Counted from the stretch's first letter, positions 7,619 through 16,497 are shown. The stretch is DNA of 34,141 bases from Clostridia bacterium (GCA_017408535.1 JAFQUL010000179.1:1-34141); one strand, 5' to 3'. Numbers and translations are program-made. Notes: a model not told the origin generated them from the sequence alone.

Positions 7619-8902
7619 CTATTCCTTGATATAACGGGACAGCGCACCGATAAGTGCGGCATCCGCCGTTGCGTTAACGGTTACCGCCTCGTCACCGTAC
7701 TCAATATCGTTTACCGTTGCGTTCTTGTAAATGCGGTTTATTACACTCAGCTCACCGTTGGGAATAACAAAGGTAACTGTTCTCAGTCCTTCGCTTAGCA
7801 TCTCCTCGATAGTTGCGGCAAGATCGTCAAGTCCCTGGCCGGTGAGAGCGGAGAGGCAGATGATCCGGCGGCCGTCAAGTGAGGGCAGGGGATCGATGAA
7901 GAACTGGGGATTGCTGTCGCATTTGTTGAAAATATAAAGGGTAGGCTTATCTTCCGCACCGAGATCGTGAAGTATACCCTCTGTTACCTCCATCTCAGAG
8001 CGCCACTCGGGGTCTGAGGCATCAATAACGATGAGAAGGATATCCGCATATACCGCCTCATCAAGAGTGGAGCGGAATGCCTTTACCAGATGGTGGGGAA
8101 GGCGGCGGATAAAGCCGACGGTGTCGGTGAGAAGGATATCTGTACCTGAGGGAAGGGTGAACTTTCTTGTGGTGGGATCAAGGGTGGCAAACAGCTTGTC
8201 CTCAGCGAGGATTCCTGCATCTGTCATTCGGTTGAGAAGAGTTGACTTACCGGCATTGGTATATCCCACGATAGCCGCCGTGGGGATGCCCGAGCGGATA
8301 CGTGCCTGTCTGATGGTGCGGCGGGTGCGTTCAAGATCGGTAAGTGCGCTCTCAAGCGCCTCTACTCTGCGTTTCAAGTGACGGCGGTCTGTCTCAAGCT
8401 TGCTTTCACCCGGTCCGCGTGTACCGATACCGCCGCCCAGACGTGAAAGATCCTTACCCTTACCCATAAGTCTGGGAGCAGTGTACTTCAGCTGAGCAAG
8501 CTCGACCTGAAGCTTACCGTCAGAGGTAACTGCGCGCCCTGCAAAAATGTCAAGGATAAGCATGCTACGGTCAAGGACCGATATATCTCCGCCGAGGGCA
8601 TCCTCAATATTTCTTATCTGGGAAGGGGACAGCTCCACGTCAAAGACGACAAGGCTGACGCCGTTGTTCTCGCACAGCTCCTTAAGCTCTATCAGCTTAC
8701 CGCTGCCGATACAGGTCTTTGCATCAAAGCGGTCACGGGACTGAACGAGGGTGATCACGGTCTTACCGCCTGCGGTATCTATAAGACGGATGAGCTCCTC
8801 AAGTGAGCGCTCACAGTCGCTGTCTGACATATCGGGGGTAATGATACCCACCGCCGCGGCAGGGACAAGTTCGGTGGATGTGTTTTTTTCCTTTTCTGAC
8901 AT
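7619..8902 (-). CDS. hflX: GTPase HflX
   Basis: 427 aa. It has an HflX-type N-terminal domain and a G domain with the P-loop GYTNAGKSTLLN, DTVGF and NKCD motifs. Confidence 0.9.
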   Translation of the reverse strand: MSEKEKNTSTELVPAAAVGIITPDMSDSDCERSLEELIRLIDTAGGKTVITLVQSRDRFDAKTCIGSGKLIELKELCENNGVSLVVFDVELSPSQIRNIEDALGGDISVLDRSMLILDIFAGRAVTSDGKLQVELAQLKYTAPRLMGKGKDLSRLGGGIGTRGPGESKLETDRRHLKRRVEALESALTDLERTRRTIRQARIRSGIPTAAIVGYTNAGKSTLLNRMTDAGILAEDKLFATLDPTTRKFTLPSGTDILLTDTVGFIRRLPHHLVKAFRSTLDEAVYADILLIVIDASDPEWRSEMEVTEGILHDLGAEDKPTLYIFNKCDSNPQFFIDPLPSLDGRRIICLSALTGQGLDDLAATIEEMLSEGLRTVTFVIPNGELSVINRIYKNATVNDIEYGDEAVTVNATADAALIGALSRYIKE

Positions 8903-8928
8903 TTTATCCTCTCTTTCATACTAAGGGG

Positions 8929-8979
8929 AAACACCAAAGGGGCGAGGTGCGTCGGTCATAACCGAAGCAAACCCGCCCC
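8929..8979 (-). terminator. Probable intrinsic terminator or attenuator between rpmE and hflX
   Basis: On the minus strand: a ggggcg...cgcccc stem (8979-8939) with an inner tcgg/ccga helix, followed by tttggtgttt. Confidence 0.45.
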
Positions 8980-9014
8980 AAATAATCACAGATATAAGTG
9001 TGCTTTATCAGGAA

Positions 9015-9224
9015 TTATTTTGCTACCTTCTCAAGACGCTTCTTGAATCTGTCAACACGTCCGCCGACGTCAACAAGCTTCTGCTTACCGGTGAAGAAGG
9101 GGTGGCACTTAGAGCAGATTTCAACGTGGATATCGCCGCTCTTGGTGGATCTGGTCTCGTAGGTTGCGCCGCAAGCGCACTTGATGGTTACTTCGTTATA
9201 TTCGGGATGTATTCCAGTTTTCAT
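9015..9224 (-). CDS. rpmE: 50S ribosomal protein L31 (Cys-containing, zinc-binding type)
   Basis: [49 protein letters not shown]... I chose the internal ATG at 9224, which has a GAGGTG RBS. The longer track ORF (to 9284) adds a non-conserved 20-aa extension. Confidence 0.9.
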   Translation of the reverse strand: MKTGIHPEYNEVTIKCACGATYETRSTKSGDIHVEICSKCHPFFTGKQKLVDVGGRVDRFKKRLEKVAK

Positions 9225-9274
9225 TTTTAACACCTCATAGTCAAAATTTCTGTTAATCTCGATAAATTCATTTA

Positions 9275-9303
9275 AGTATAACACATATCTCTGATAAAAT
9301 CAA
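9275..9303 (-). promoter_or_regulatory. Sigma-A-type promoter with extended -10 for rpmE
   Basis: On the minus strand: TTGATT (9303-9298), a 17-nt spacer, then TATACT (9280-9275) preceded by TGT. Confidence 0.55.
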
Positions 9304-9373
9304 TAGTTTTTTGCCTTTTTATAAATAATTTTTGCACGAAAAATTATTTCTCTCATCTCTTTCTTCCGTGTTT

Positions 9374-9406
9374 TTGACAAAATTCAGAAGGCAGATGCGG
9401 TACAAT
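9374..9406 (+). promoter_or_regulatory. spoIIG-type promoter with an over-long spacer and a Spo0A-box-like sequence over the -35
   Basis: TTGACA (9374-9379), a 21-nt spacer, then TACAAT (9401-9406). tttgaca (9373-9379) matches the reversed 0A box TTCGACA at 6 of 7 positions. Confidence 0.55.
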
Positions 9407-9495
9407 ATTCAGTACAGACCACAGAGCGAGGCACAGAGAGGAGTGAGGCTATAGAAACCGTATACGGAGACGTTCTTTTTCTTGTTAACTTTTCA

Positions 9496-10311
9496 ATGGA
9501 TATCCTGTCGCTGTACATAACCGGAAAGATACTGCATCTCAGGATAAGTGCTGTGCGGCTGTGTCTTGGGGGAGTCATCGGGGGTATATACGGGGTACTG
9601 TCTCTTTTCATCGGTGCGGGCGGCATATTCGGCTTTTTGCTCAGTACTCTCGTTTGTGCCGTTATCTGCCTGACGGTATTCGGGGCGAGGACCGCGTTTT
9701 CCGTTCTGCTCTCAATGCTGTGCTTCTTTGTGACGGGTGCGGCGGTGTCCGGAATAATGACGGCACTTATATCCGCCCTTGGCAGGACGGCGGTTGCCGG
9801 TACAGACACGGGAGACAGTATGTCAGGCACAGTGTTTATTACAGTATCAAGCATTGCGGCGGCTATAACCTTCATTTTCGGTCGACTGTTTTCTCTTGTG
9901 GGAAGAGAAAAAACAGCAGAGCTGACTCTTACCTCCGGGGAGAGGAGCGTTACCCTCATCGGTACGTCAGACAGCGGCAATACTGCGACCGAGCCTATAT
10001 CCGGCAGCCCTGTGATAGTTGTTTCGGCAAAGGAAGCACAGGCGGTGATACCGCCGGATCTGTGGGAGGCTATATCAGAGGACTCAATCGATCTTGAGAG
10101 ACTTTCTTTGCCGACTCTTAAAAGAACGAGACTGGTACCTATTACCACCGTTGCCGGCAGAAGAATGATGCTCAGCTACCGACCGGATAGGATAGAGGTA
10201 AAAATAAAGGGAAGAAAAAAAGCCGTCGACGGGGTGATAGCCCTTGACGGCGTAGACGGAAAGAAATATGACGGAGCGGCGTCAATACTGCCGTCATCTA
10301 TTCTCAGATAA
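9496..10311 (+). CDS. spoIIGA: Sigma-E processing aspartic peptidase SpoIIGA. The coordinates give the minimal ATG-initiated ORF, and conserved residues extend upstream to about 9451.
   Basis: The N-terminal half is polytopic membrane. The C-terminal domain carries a DSGN aspartic-protease motif (GTSDSGNTATEPISGSPVIVV). The gene sits directly upstream of pro-sigma-E. The in-frame upstream peptide (I)ETVYGDVLFLVNFS matches the conserved SpoIIGA N-terminus. Confidence 0.85.
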   Translation: MDILSLYITGKILHLRISAVRLCLGGVIGGIYGVLSLFIGAGGIFGFLLSTLVCAVICLTVFGARTAFSVLLSMLCFFVTGAAVSGIMTALISALGRTAVAGTDTGDSMSGTVFITVSSIAAAITFIFGRLFSLVGREKTAELTLTSGERSVTLIGTSDSGNTATEPISGSPVIVVSAKEAQAVIPPDLWEAISEDSIDLERLSLPTLKRTRLVPITTVAGRRMMLSYRPDRIEVKIKGRKKAVDGVIALDGVDGKKYDGAASILPSSILR

Positions 10312-10330
10312 GCTGTTTGGAGGGATCAGA

Positions 10331-11056
10331 ATGGATCTTGGAAAATCTATATATCGCATCTGGCTGAGAGCCGCTGAGCTGCTCGGCCTCAGTTTCCTTG
10401 TCGGGAAAAACCGCATTGACTACATAAACGGCCCGGAGACTCTGCCTCCGCCCCTTTCTGCAGAGGAGGAGGTAAGGCTGATAGGACTTATCGAAAATGA
10501 TGAGGCTGTCAGAAGCATATTTATTGAGCACAATCTGCGTCTGGTGGTGTATATCGCAAAAAAATTCGAGAATACCGGGGTAGGACTTGAAGATCTGATC
10601 TCAATCGGTACTATCGGACTTATCATGGCGATAAATACCTTCAGAAACGATAAAAACATCAAGCTGGCTACCTATGCATCCCGCTGTATTGAGAACGAGA
10701 TACTGATGTATATCAGAAAAAGCAGTAACTCAAGGTGCGAGATGTCATTTGACGATCCTCTCAGCACAGACTGGGACGGAAATGAGCTGTTGCTCTCTGA
10801 CATACTCGGCTCGGACGAGGACTCGGTATATGCCGACCTTGAGACAGATGAGGACAGAAAGACCATCCGTGCCGCTCTCGGTAAGCTGCAGGACAGAGAC
10901 AGAAGGATAATCGAGATGCGTTACGGCATAGGAGAAAAAAAGGAGCTGACACAAAAAGAGGTGGCAGACGCACTCGGTATCTCGCAGTCCTATATCTCGA
11001 GACTGGAAAAGAGGATCATTGACGAGCTGAGAGAGGAGATCGGGAGCAAGATATAA
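10331..11056 (+). CDS. sigE: Sporulation sigma factor pro-sigma-E
   Basis: ATG at 10331 with a GGAGGG RBS. The pro-sequence and cleavage region ...YINGPETLPPPLSAEEE... is followed by region 2 (NLRLVVYIAKKFENTGVGLEDLISIGTIGLI) and region 4 (LTQKEVADALGISQSYISRLEKR). Confidence 0.9.
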   Translation: MDLGKSIYRIWLRAAELLGLSFLVGKNRIDYINGPETLPPPLSAEEEVRLIGLIENDEAVRSIFIEHNLRLVVYIAKKFENTGVGLEDLISIGTIGLIMAINTFRNDKNIKLATYASRCIENEILMYIRKSSNSRCEMSFDDPLSTDWDGNELLLSDILGSDEDSVYADLETDEDRKTIRAALGKLQDRDRRIIEMRYGIGEKKELTQKEVADALGISQSYISRLEKRIIDELREEIGSKI

Positions 11057-11070
11057 TACTACAGTAACAG

Positions 11071-11113
11071 AAAAACGGGTCTGCCGCAATTTTGGTGCGG
11101 CAGACCCGTTTTT
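11071..11113. terminator. Bidirectional intrinsic terminator (sigE convergent with the lipoprotein gene)
   Basis: A-run, then cgggtctgccgc (11076-11087) / gcggcagacccg (11097-11108), then TTTTT (11109-11113). Confidence 0.85.
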
Positions 11114-11133
11114 AGTATTTGGTTTTATTCTTT

Positions 11134-13875
11134 TCAGCTTTTTGCGGTAAAGTCAACAGTTACGCAATATACGTCCCTGTTTGATGCGTATACCAGACAG
11201 TTGACTGTGTCGCTGCCGGCGGTACGGTCAACGTAGAAGCCCTCTGCCGCAAATTCACCGAGCTCTTTAGTCAGAACTGATTTCCATCCGTCATCAGTTT
11301 CAAAGTAAACGGATATCTCAGCGTCGGCACCCTCTGGGTATCCGCCCTTTAAGTCGCAGACCACCAGGTTAGAGCAGAGAAGGTATACAGTACCGTCAGC
11401 GGTCTCTGCCATTTTTACAGCTGAGGTCTCGTTAAGCCCGTCGATGCTTATTTCCTCTTTTGAAACAAGCTCGTTTCCGTCGTAAACTGCAAGGTAATAC
11501 TTCAGAGTGTCCTTAATAAGTTCGTCTCTTGTGAAAATAGCATTGCTGTTGTAATCATAGTGGCAATCGGTATAAATAACGTTCAGCTTTCCGTCAGAGG
11601 AAAGGAATACGTCCTTAACGTCAACATTTGACCAGATGCCCTTGTCGCCCTCATCCTCGTAGGGGGTGTGGATAGCGGTATAGCTGATCTCTTCGCCTTC
11701 AACCAGGTTGGGAATATAGGCCATAACTACAGAATCGCTTATTTCGGAAACGTAGCTGTCATAAACCAGCTTTCCGTCAAGATCTTCCTCGGTCACTATT
11801 CTCGTTCCCACAAGATATGCACCGCTCTTACCGTCGCTTAAGGCATAGATACTGTCGTATCTGCCCACAAGTTCAGGATCGCTTTCATACGTTATGATAT
11901 CTCTAAAGGCTATGGTTAGCTTTTCAGGGTCAAGCGTTTCACTTGCTATCTTGAACGTGCCTTCCTCTAAAACGGAAAGATAATACTTATTACCGTCAGA
12001 GGCGGGAAGGATGCTTAACTGAGAGGGGAACAGCTTGCTGGTCATAAGGGGAGTCATTTCGTGGAAGGTAACCTCGTCTGTAGCGGGGTCTATCAGATAT
12101 ATCTCACGTCCGAAGGGGGGACAAACGTAGACCATACCGTTTTCATCCGCACTTATTGTCATATATTTTTCCTGAGATGACTCGTAGCTGTCTGAGAAAA
12201 GAATGCTGACCTTGTTATCCTTGTCTATCTTTGCGATAACGAAAGACTCAAGACTGTCTCTGTGATCGTAGCTGTATACGAATGCGGCATAGATACCGTT
12301 TTCAGTACGTACGATCTGTGTGGTGTGATCAGCATAGGGTATTCTCTTGTCGTAACCTACGTCGTCAACCTTGGTTTCGCAGTCTGCGAGGATATCCACA
12401 AGCTCTGTAACGCTGTAGTCCTCAAGAGAAAGATTGAAGGTATATCCGCTTCTGAAGGAAATTTTTTCGGTAGAAACACCATAGAAGAAGCAGCTGATTA
12501 CGTTATCCTGTACCGAGCCGTCACGGACAGCACTTGCAGAGAATGAATCGACATTTATTTTTTCACCGACGTTGATCGATTTTTCGTGCTTCCACGTTCT
12601 TCCGATATCATCTTCTGAGGTGTATATCTCAAGCTTAACGTCAGGTCCATCCAGATTCGCTACTATCAAATGGAGCTTTCCGTCGGTGCTCTGTCTTACG
12701 ATACATTTTTTGTAGCTGTCGGACGGAATGTCAATTTTTTCGTTGTATATGCATTCTTCTCCCTTATATACTGCGTGTTTGTACTGAGAATTGCTGTCAA
12801 AATCGGCGTGAGTTCCCGCATAATCTGCAAGGAAGAATCTGTAGGTTATATGCATATAACCGTTTGAATCAATGAATACGTCACCGTATTGATTACCGGA
12901 AGCACCGGACCAGATACCTTCATGTCCTCTTGAGTCATCCTCAAATTGAACAGTGGTATACGTTATGTTTTCACCGGTGGTAAGATCCGGAATATGGAAC
13001 AGATTCAGACGGTCCCATACGTAAGAGTTATTGCCTGCGTCAGTCAGTCGGTCGGCAACGTATGCGACCTTCTCATCTCTTACTGCGACCATATACGCAC
13101 CGCCGTTACCGTCGGGGAGAGGATACATATAGCAGTGTCTTCCTATATCCTCAAGCCAGACGTAAGTACTGCTTTCAGTCCACTTCATACTCTCAAGGTC
13201 GAAAATGAACCACTCAAGCAAAAAGTCACCTATTTCGCTTGACCAGGAGCCGGCCGCAGTAAACAGATATATCTTGCGTGCTTGGAGATCAAACATTACC
13301 TGACCGTAGCCGGGGGTCTCATCACTTGAAAACTCAGGATCTGCATCGTACTTTGTCATCTCGTCTGTCTCGCTGTCAAACACAAGAACAGAAAGAATCT
13401 CTGTCGAGGTTGCGGTGACAAGAATATCACCGTTTGTGTCGCGGCAGACATTTACGGTTATACTGCCGTCGTCGGCCTCAAAGCCGCCGTAGTACAGAAT
13501 GGTTACCTTGCCGTCATTGTCTATCTTTGCAACGTAGAATTTCTGTATTTCGTCACCGTCACCGTAGTCTCTTGCAAATGCGGCATAGGTACCTCTCTCG
13601 GTATGGCATACCCTCATCTGATGTCCGCCGTGATAAGCGCAGGCATCTGTGTCATATCTTCTTGCATTTGACGAAAGCTCGTTTGCTGCAAGTATGCTCT
13701 CTACCTCAGAGACGGATATCTCGTGCTTTGCGGGATTTACTGCCGGGGTATCGGTAGGCTCTGTATCCGCAGGAGCGGTAGTATCCTTTCCTCCGTCTCC
13801 GCTTCCGCCGCAGCCGGTAAGCAGCAGTGAAAGAATGAGTCCGCAGCAAAGAATAGCTTTGGAAATAAATCTCAT
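11134..13875 (-). CDS. Large secreted lipoprotein of unknown function, built from two tandem ~430-aa homologous modules
   Basis: ATG at 13875 with a GGAGG RBS. The signal peptide and lipobox are MRFISKAILCCGLILSLLLTGC. The internal duplication is visible in SVSEVESILA../SVTELVDILA.., HQMRVCHTERGTYAAFARDY..FYVAKIDNDGKVTILY / HTTQIVRTENGIYAAFVYSY..FVIAKIDKDNKVSILF, and HIPDLTTGENITYT / YIPNLVEGEEISYT. Confidence 0.7.
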   Translation of the reverse strand: MRFISKAILCCGLILSLLLTGCGGSGDGGKDTTAPADTEPTDTPAVNPAKHEISVSEVESILAANELSSNARRYDTDACAYHGGHQMRVCHTERGTYAAFARDYGDGDEIQKFYVAKIDNDGKVTILYYGGFEADDGSITVNVCRDTNGDILVTATSTEILSVLVFDSETDEMTKYDADPEFSSDETPGYGQVMFDLQARKIYLFTAAGSWSSEIGDFLLEWFIFDLESMKWTESSTYVWLEDIGRHCYMYPLPDGNGGAYMVAVRDEKVAYVADRLTDAGNNSYVWDRLNLFHIPDLTTGENITYTTVQFEDDSRGHEGIWSGASGNQYGDVFIDSNGYMHITYRFFLADYAGTHADFDSNSQYKHAVYKGEECIYNEKIDIPSDSYKKCIVRQSTDGKLHLIVANLDGPDVKLEIYTSEDDIGRTWKHEKSINVGEKINVDSFSASAVRDGSVQDNVISCFFYGVSTEKISFRSGYTFNLSLEDYSVTELVDILADCETKVDDVGYDKRIPYADHTTQIVRTENGIYAAFVYSYDHRDSLESFVIAKIDKDNKVSILFSDSYESSQEKYMTISADENGMVYVCPPFGREIYLIDPATDEVTFHEMTPLMTSKLFPSQLSILPASDGNKYYLSVLEEGTFKIASETLDPEKLTIAFRDIITYESDPELVGRYDSIYALSDGKSGAYLVGTRIVTEEDLDGKLVYDSYVSEISDSVVMAYIPNLVEGEEISYTAIHTPYEDEGDKGIWSNVDVKDVFLSSDGKLNVIYTDCHYDYNSNAIFTRDELIKDTLKYYLAVYDGNELVSKEEISIDGLNETSAVKMAETADGTVYLLCSNLVVCDLKGGYPEGADAEISVYFETDDGWKSVLTKELGEFAAEGFYVDRTAGSDTVNCLVYASNRDVYCVTVDFTAKS

Positions 13876-14005
13876 ATTGTTTTCCTCCATAAAATAAAAT
13901 TTGGTTTTCTCGTATAATTATACCACAAATTTAGGACAAAATAAATTATCATTATGTCTAAATAGGTTACGCTTTTTTTGTGCATTTCACGAATTTTTTT
14001 GCACG

Positions 14006-14050
14006 GAAAAAGGCGGCGAAACCTGTTTTCTGTTGTTCCGCCGCCTTTTA
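14006..14050. terminator. Intrinsic (bidirectional-looking) terminator downstream of the aldo/keto reductase gene
   Basis: aaaaaggcggcg (14007-14018) ... cgccgcctttt (14039-14049), a GC-rich stem flanked by A and T runs. Confidence 0.7.
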
Positions 14051-14061
14051 TTTCGGTATAT

Positions 14062-15195
14062 TTATCTTATTTTTTCCGAAAACTCACCCATGATCTCTGA
14101 GATCTTTATTCCCTGAGGGCAGACAGATTCACAGCTGCCGCAGGCAATACAGGCGTCGGGGCGCTTGTCGGTGTCTATATCTCCTAACATATCGGAGGGA
14201 ATAGTGCTGCCACCTCTGAAAAGATGCTTGTTGTATATCTTGATAAGCTCGGGGATGTTAAGTCCGTTCGGGCAATAATCAAGGCAGTATTTACAGCCGG
14301 TACAGGAGAGGGTCTTTTTTGCCATCATATCCTCTGCCACACCGAAAAGCACCTTCAGCTCGCTGTCGGTAAGGGGAGCTTCTTTTTCGTAGGTTGCGAT
14401 ATTCTCTCTGAGCTGATCCATATTAGACATTCCGGAGAGGGTGACGAAAACGTTATCAAAGCCCTGAAGAAATCTGAATGCCCACTCAGCCGCAGTCCTG
14501 TCGGGAGCGGCGGATCGCAGCTTGTTTGCATATTCGTCGGTGAGGTTGGCAAGTCTTCCGCCGCGCACCGGTTCCATAACGATAACGGGCATATCGAATT
14601 CCCGCAGAAGCTCCAGCTTTTCCTTTGCATTCTGAAGACTGTAGTCAAGCCAGTTAAGCTGGATTTGGCAGAACTCCATATACTCACCGTAGCCACTGAG
14701 GAAACGGCGCATAGTATCAAGATTTCCGTGGGTGGAAAAGCCAAGATGACGGATCTTGCCCTCTGCCTTTCTTTCGAGAAGATACTCGAGAATGCCGTTT
14801 GCGGGATCCATATATGCGTCTATGTTATATTCTGAAACGTTATGGAAAAGATAGAAATCAAAATAGTCTGTTTTGCACTTTTCAAGCTGACGGGGGAATA
14901 TCTCCTCAGGCTTGCCGGGCTTGATGTTGTCGGTAGTGTATCCCGGGAACTTGGTAGCGAGATAAAAGCTGTCGCGGGGGTATTTTGAGAGAAGCTCTCC
15001 CATTACCTTCTCAGACTCGCCGCCGTGATAGCCCCATGCGGTATCGTAGTAGTTGACACCCGACTTCATGGCCAGATCGACCATTTCTGCGGTCTTTTCC
15101 ATATCTACCTGATTATCTTCACCGTGTGTAGGAAATCTCATACAGCCCATACCGAGAGCGGAGATATCAAGGTCCTTGAATTTACGGAATATCAT
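14062..15195 (-). CDS. Aldo/keto reductase fused to a C-terminal 2x[4Fe-4S] ferredoxin-like domain
   Basis: 377 aa. The AKR N-terminus is LGMGCMRF...YYDTAWGYHGGESE. Two Cys motifs, CTGCKYCLDYCP and CIACGSCESVCP, lie at the C-terminus. Confidence 0.8.
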   Translation of the reverse strand: MIFRKFKDLDISALGMGCMRFPTHGEDNQVDMEKTAEMVDLAMKSGVNYYDTAWGYHGGESEKVMGELLSKYPRDSFYLATKFPGYTTDNIKPGKPEEIFPRQLEKCKTDYFDFYLFHNVSEYNIDAYMDPANGILEYLLERKAEGKIRHLGFSTHGNLDTMRRFLSGYGEYMEFCQIQLNWLDYSLQNAKEKLELLREFDMPVIVMEPVRGGRLANLTDEYANKLRSAAPDRTAAEWAFRFLQGFDNVFVTLSGMSNMDQLRENIATYEKEAPLTDSELKVLFGVAEDMMAKKTLSCTGCKYCLDYCPNGLNIPELIKIYNKHLFRGGSTIPSDMLGDIDTDKRPDACIACGSCESVCPQGIKISEIMGEFSEKIR

Positions 15196-15225
15196 ATCGT
15201 TACTCCTTGTTAATCTTTTTATTTT

Positions 15226-16497
15226 CTATTTGATCTTACGGCACTCGAGATAGAATCTCTTGTCCTTGGCTTCACCCATTGAGAAGGTCTTTCTCGGAAG
15301 AGCACCCTCGCAGATAACAGATGCGAACAGCTCATCCTTTCTCATTCCGTCAAAGAGGAAGCCGATGGCATTTTCTCCGCCTGAAAGCTCAAGAGTAGAG
15401 TCAACGCCGTGGATATAGTCGACCGATGCCTCGGGATGCTCTTTGAGATATCCGTCGATAAACAGCTGGAGACTGCCTACGGTAAGACGGTGGGGTGAAC
15501 GCTCAAAGGTGACTGTCTTGCGGTTACCGCCGTAAACGCATTCGATCGTCTCACGGATATCGGTGCTGTCGGCAGCAGCCGACGCCTCTGCCGCATAGGC
15601 ACGAAGCTCCTCTACTATCTTCTCCGGCTCAACACCGAACATAACTCTGTATATCGGCTCAAACTCAAGAGCCGTATCGTGAAGGTTGACTATCTCGCAG
15701 AGAGCATATCTTGAGGGATGCTCAAGAGCTTTGTCACCCAGCTTTTCCTTTATCTCGGCATAAGCCGCCTTGGCTGATGCGAGGGAATGGTTTCCGTCAC
15801 CAACCGCATAGGTGAGAGGGCTGTAGCCGCTAAGTGAGTATTTCTTTTCGAATACTTCAGGGCGGGAAAGCAGAGAAAGTGTGTTCTCAACGTGATCCAT
15901 GCCCTCACTATCAATAAATCTGCCCTTAACGTGACCGCTGCCAAGCATAAGGTCAAAATCATAGGCTAAGGAATATTTGTCTGCATCGTTTATGATCTTA
16001 CCGAAGAGGGCGTTCTCCTCGTCGTCAATAAGTATCATAACATGGGGAAGTTCTACTTCAGCGTCACGGCGAACTGCAACACGGGGAGGTATTCTTTCAA
16101 GGACAGTGCCTTCAGTGGCTCTTACCGCTGAGTCAGAGCCGACAGAATAGTCGTAGCACTCAAGATCGATCTTACCGATTATACCGCGGCGAAGCTTGCC
16201 GTCTGACTGTATTCTTTCAAGATAGATCATGCTGTCGGGATGAGAGACAAGGGTAGATGCGATCTCGCTCATATCTCTGTTTATGCGGTCGATGGTATCC
16301 TTTCCGCTGTCAGAAAGGTATATCTCGGGAAGGACCATTTTAAGAGTAGAGGGAGCGTCCCCTACCTTTTCCTTTACGGCATTCCAGTATTTCGGCTCAG
16401 AGGTGAACTGATCGCATGCGATAACAGCCCAGGTCTCGCCGTTTACTTTAGTGAAATCGGGGAGAAGAATATCTGCGCGGGAAAATATTTTTTTCAT
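15226..16497 (-). CDS. DUF1015-family protein (conserved, function unknown)
   Basis: 423 aa. Length and motifs (...RRGIIGKIDLECYDY...RATEGTVLERIPPRVAVRRDAEVELPHVMILIDD...) resemble DUF1015. A 30-bp gap and an RBS link it to the downstream AKR gene. Confidence 0.55.
   Translation of the reverse strand: MKKIFSRADILLPDFTKVNGETWAVIACDQFTSEPKYWNAVKEKVGDAPSTLKMVLPEIYLSDSGKDTIDRINRDMSEIASTLVSHPDSMIYLERIQSDGKLRRGIIGKIDLECYDYSVGSDSAVRATEGTVLERIPPRVAVRRDAEVELPHVMILIDDEENALFGKIINDADKYSLAYDFDLMLGSGHVKGRFIDSEGMDHVENTLSLLSRPEVFEKKYSLSGYSPLTYAVGDGNHSLASAKAAYAEIKEKLGDKALEHPSRYALCEIVNLHDTALEFEPIYRVMFGVEPEKIVEELRAYAAEASAAADSTDIRETIECVYGGNRKTVTFERSPHRLTVGSLQLFIDGYLKEHPEASVDYIHGVDSTLELSGGENAIGFLFDGMRKDELFASVICEGALPRKTFSMGEAKDKRFYLECRKIK

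Noticed and set aside
9384-10148. 254-aa minus-strand ORF overlapping spoIIGA.
   Set aside because: It is antisense to a gene with clear SpoIIGA features. Its translation is Ser/Thr/Pro/Arg-rich with no recognisable domain.
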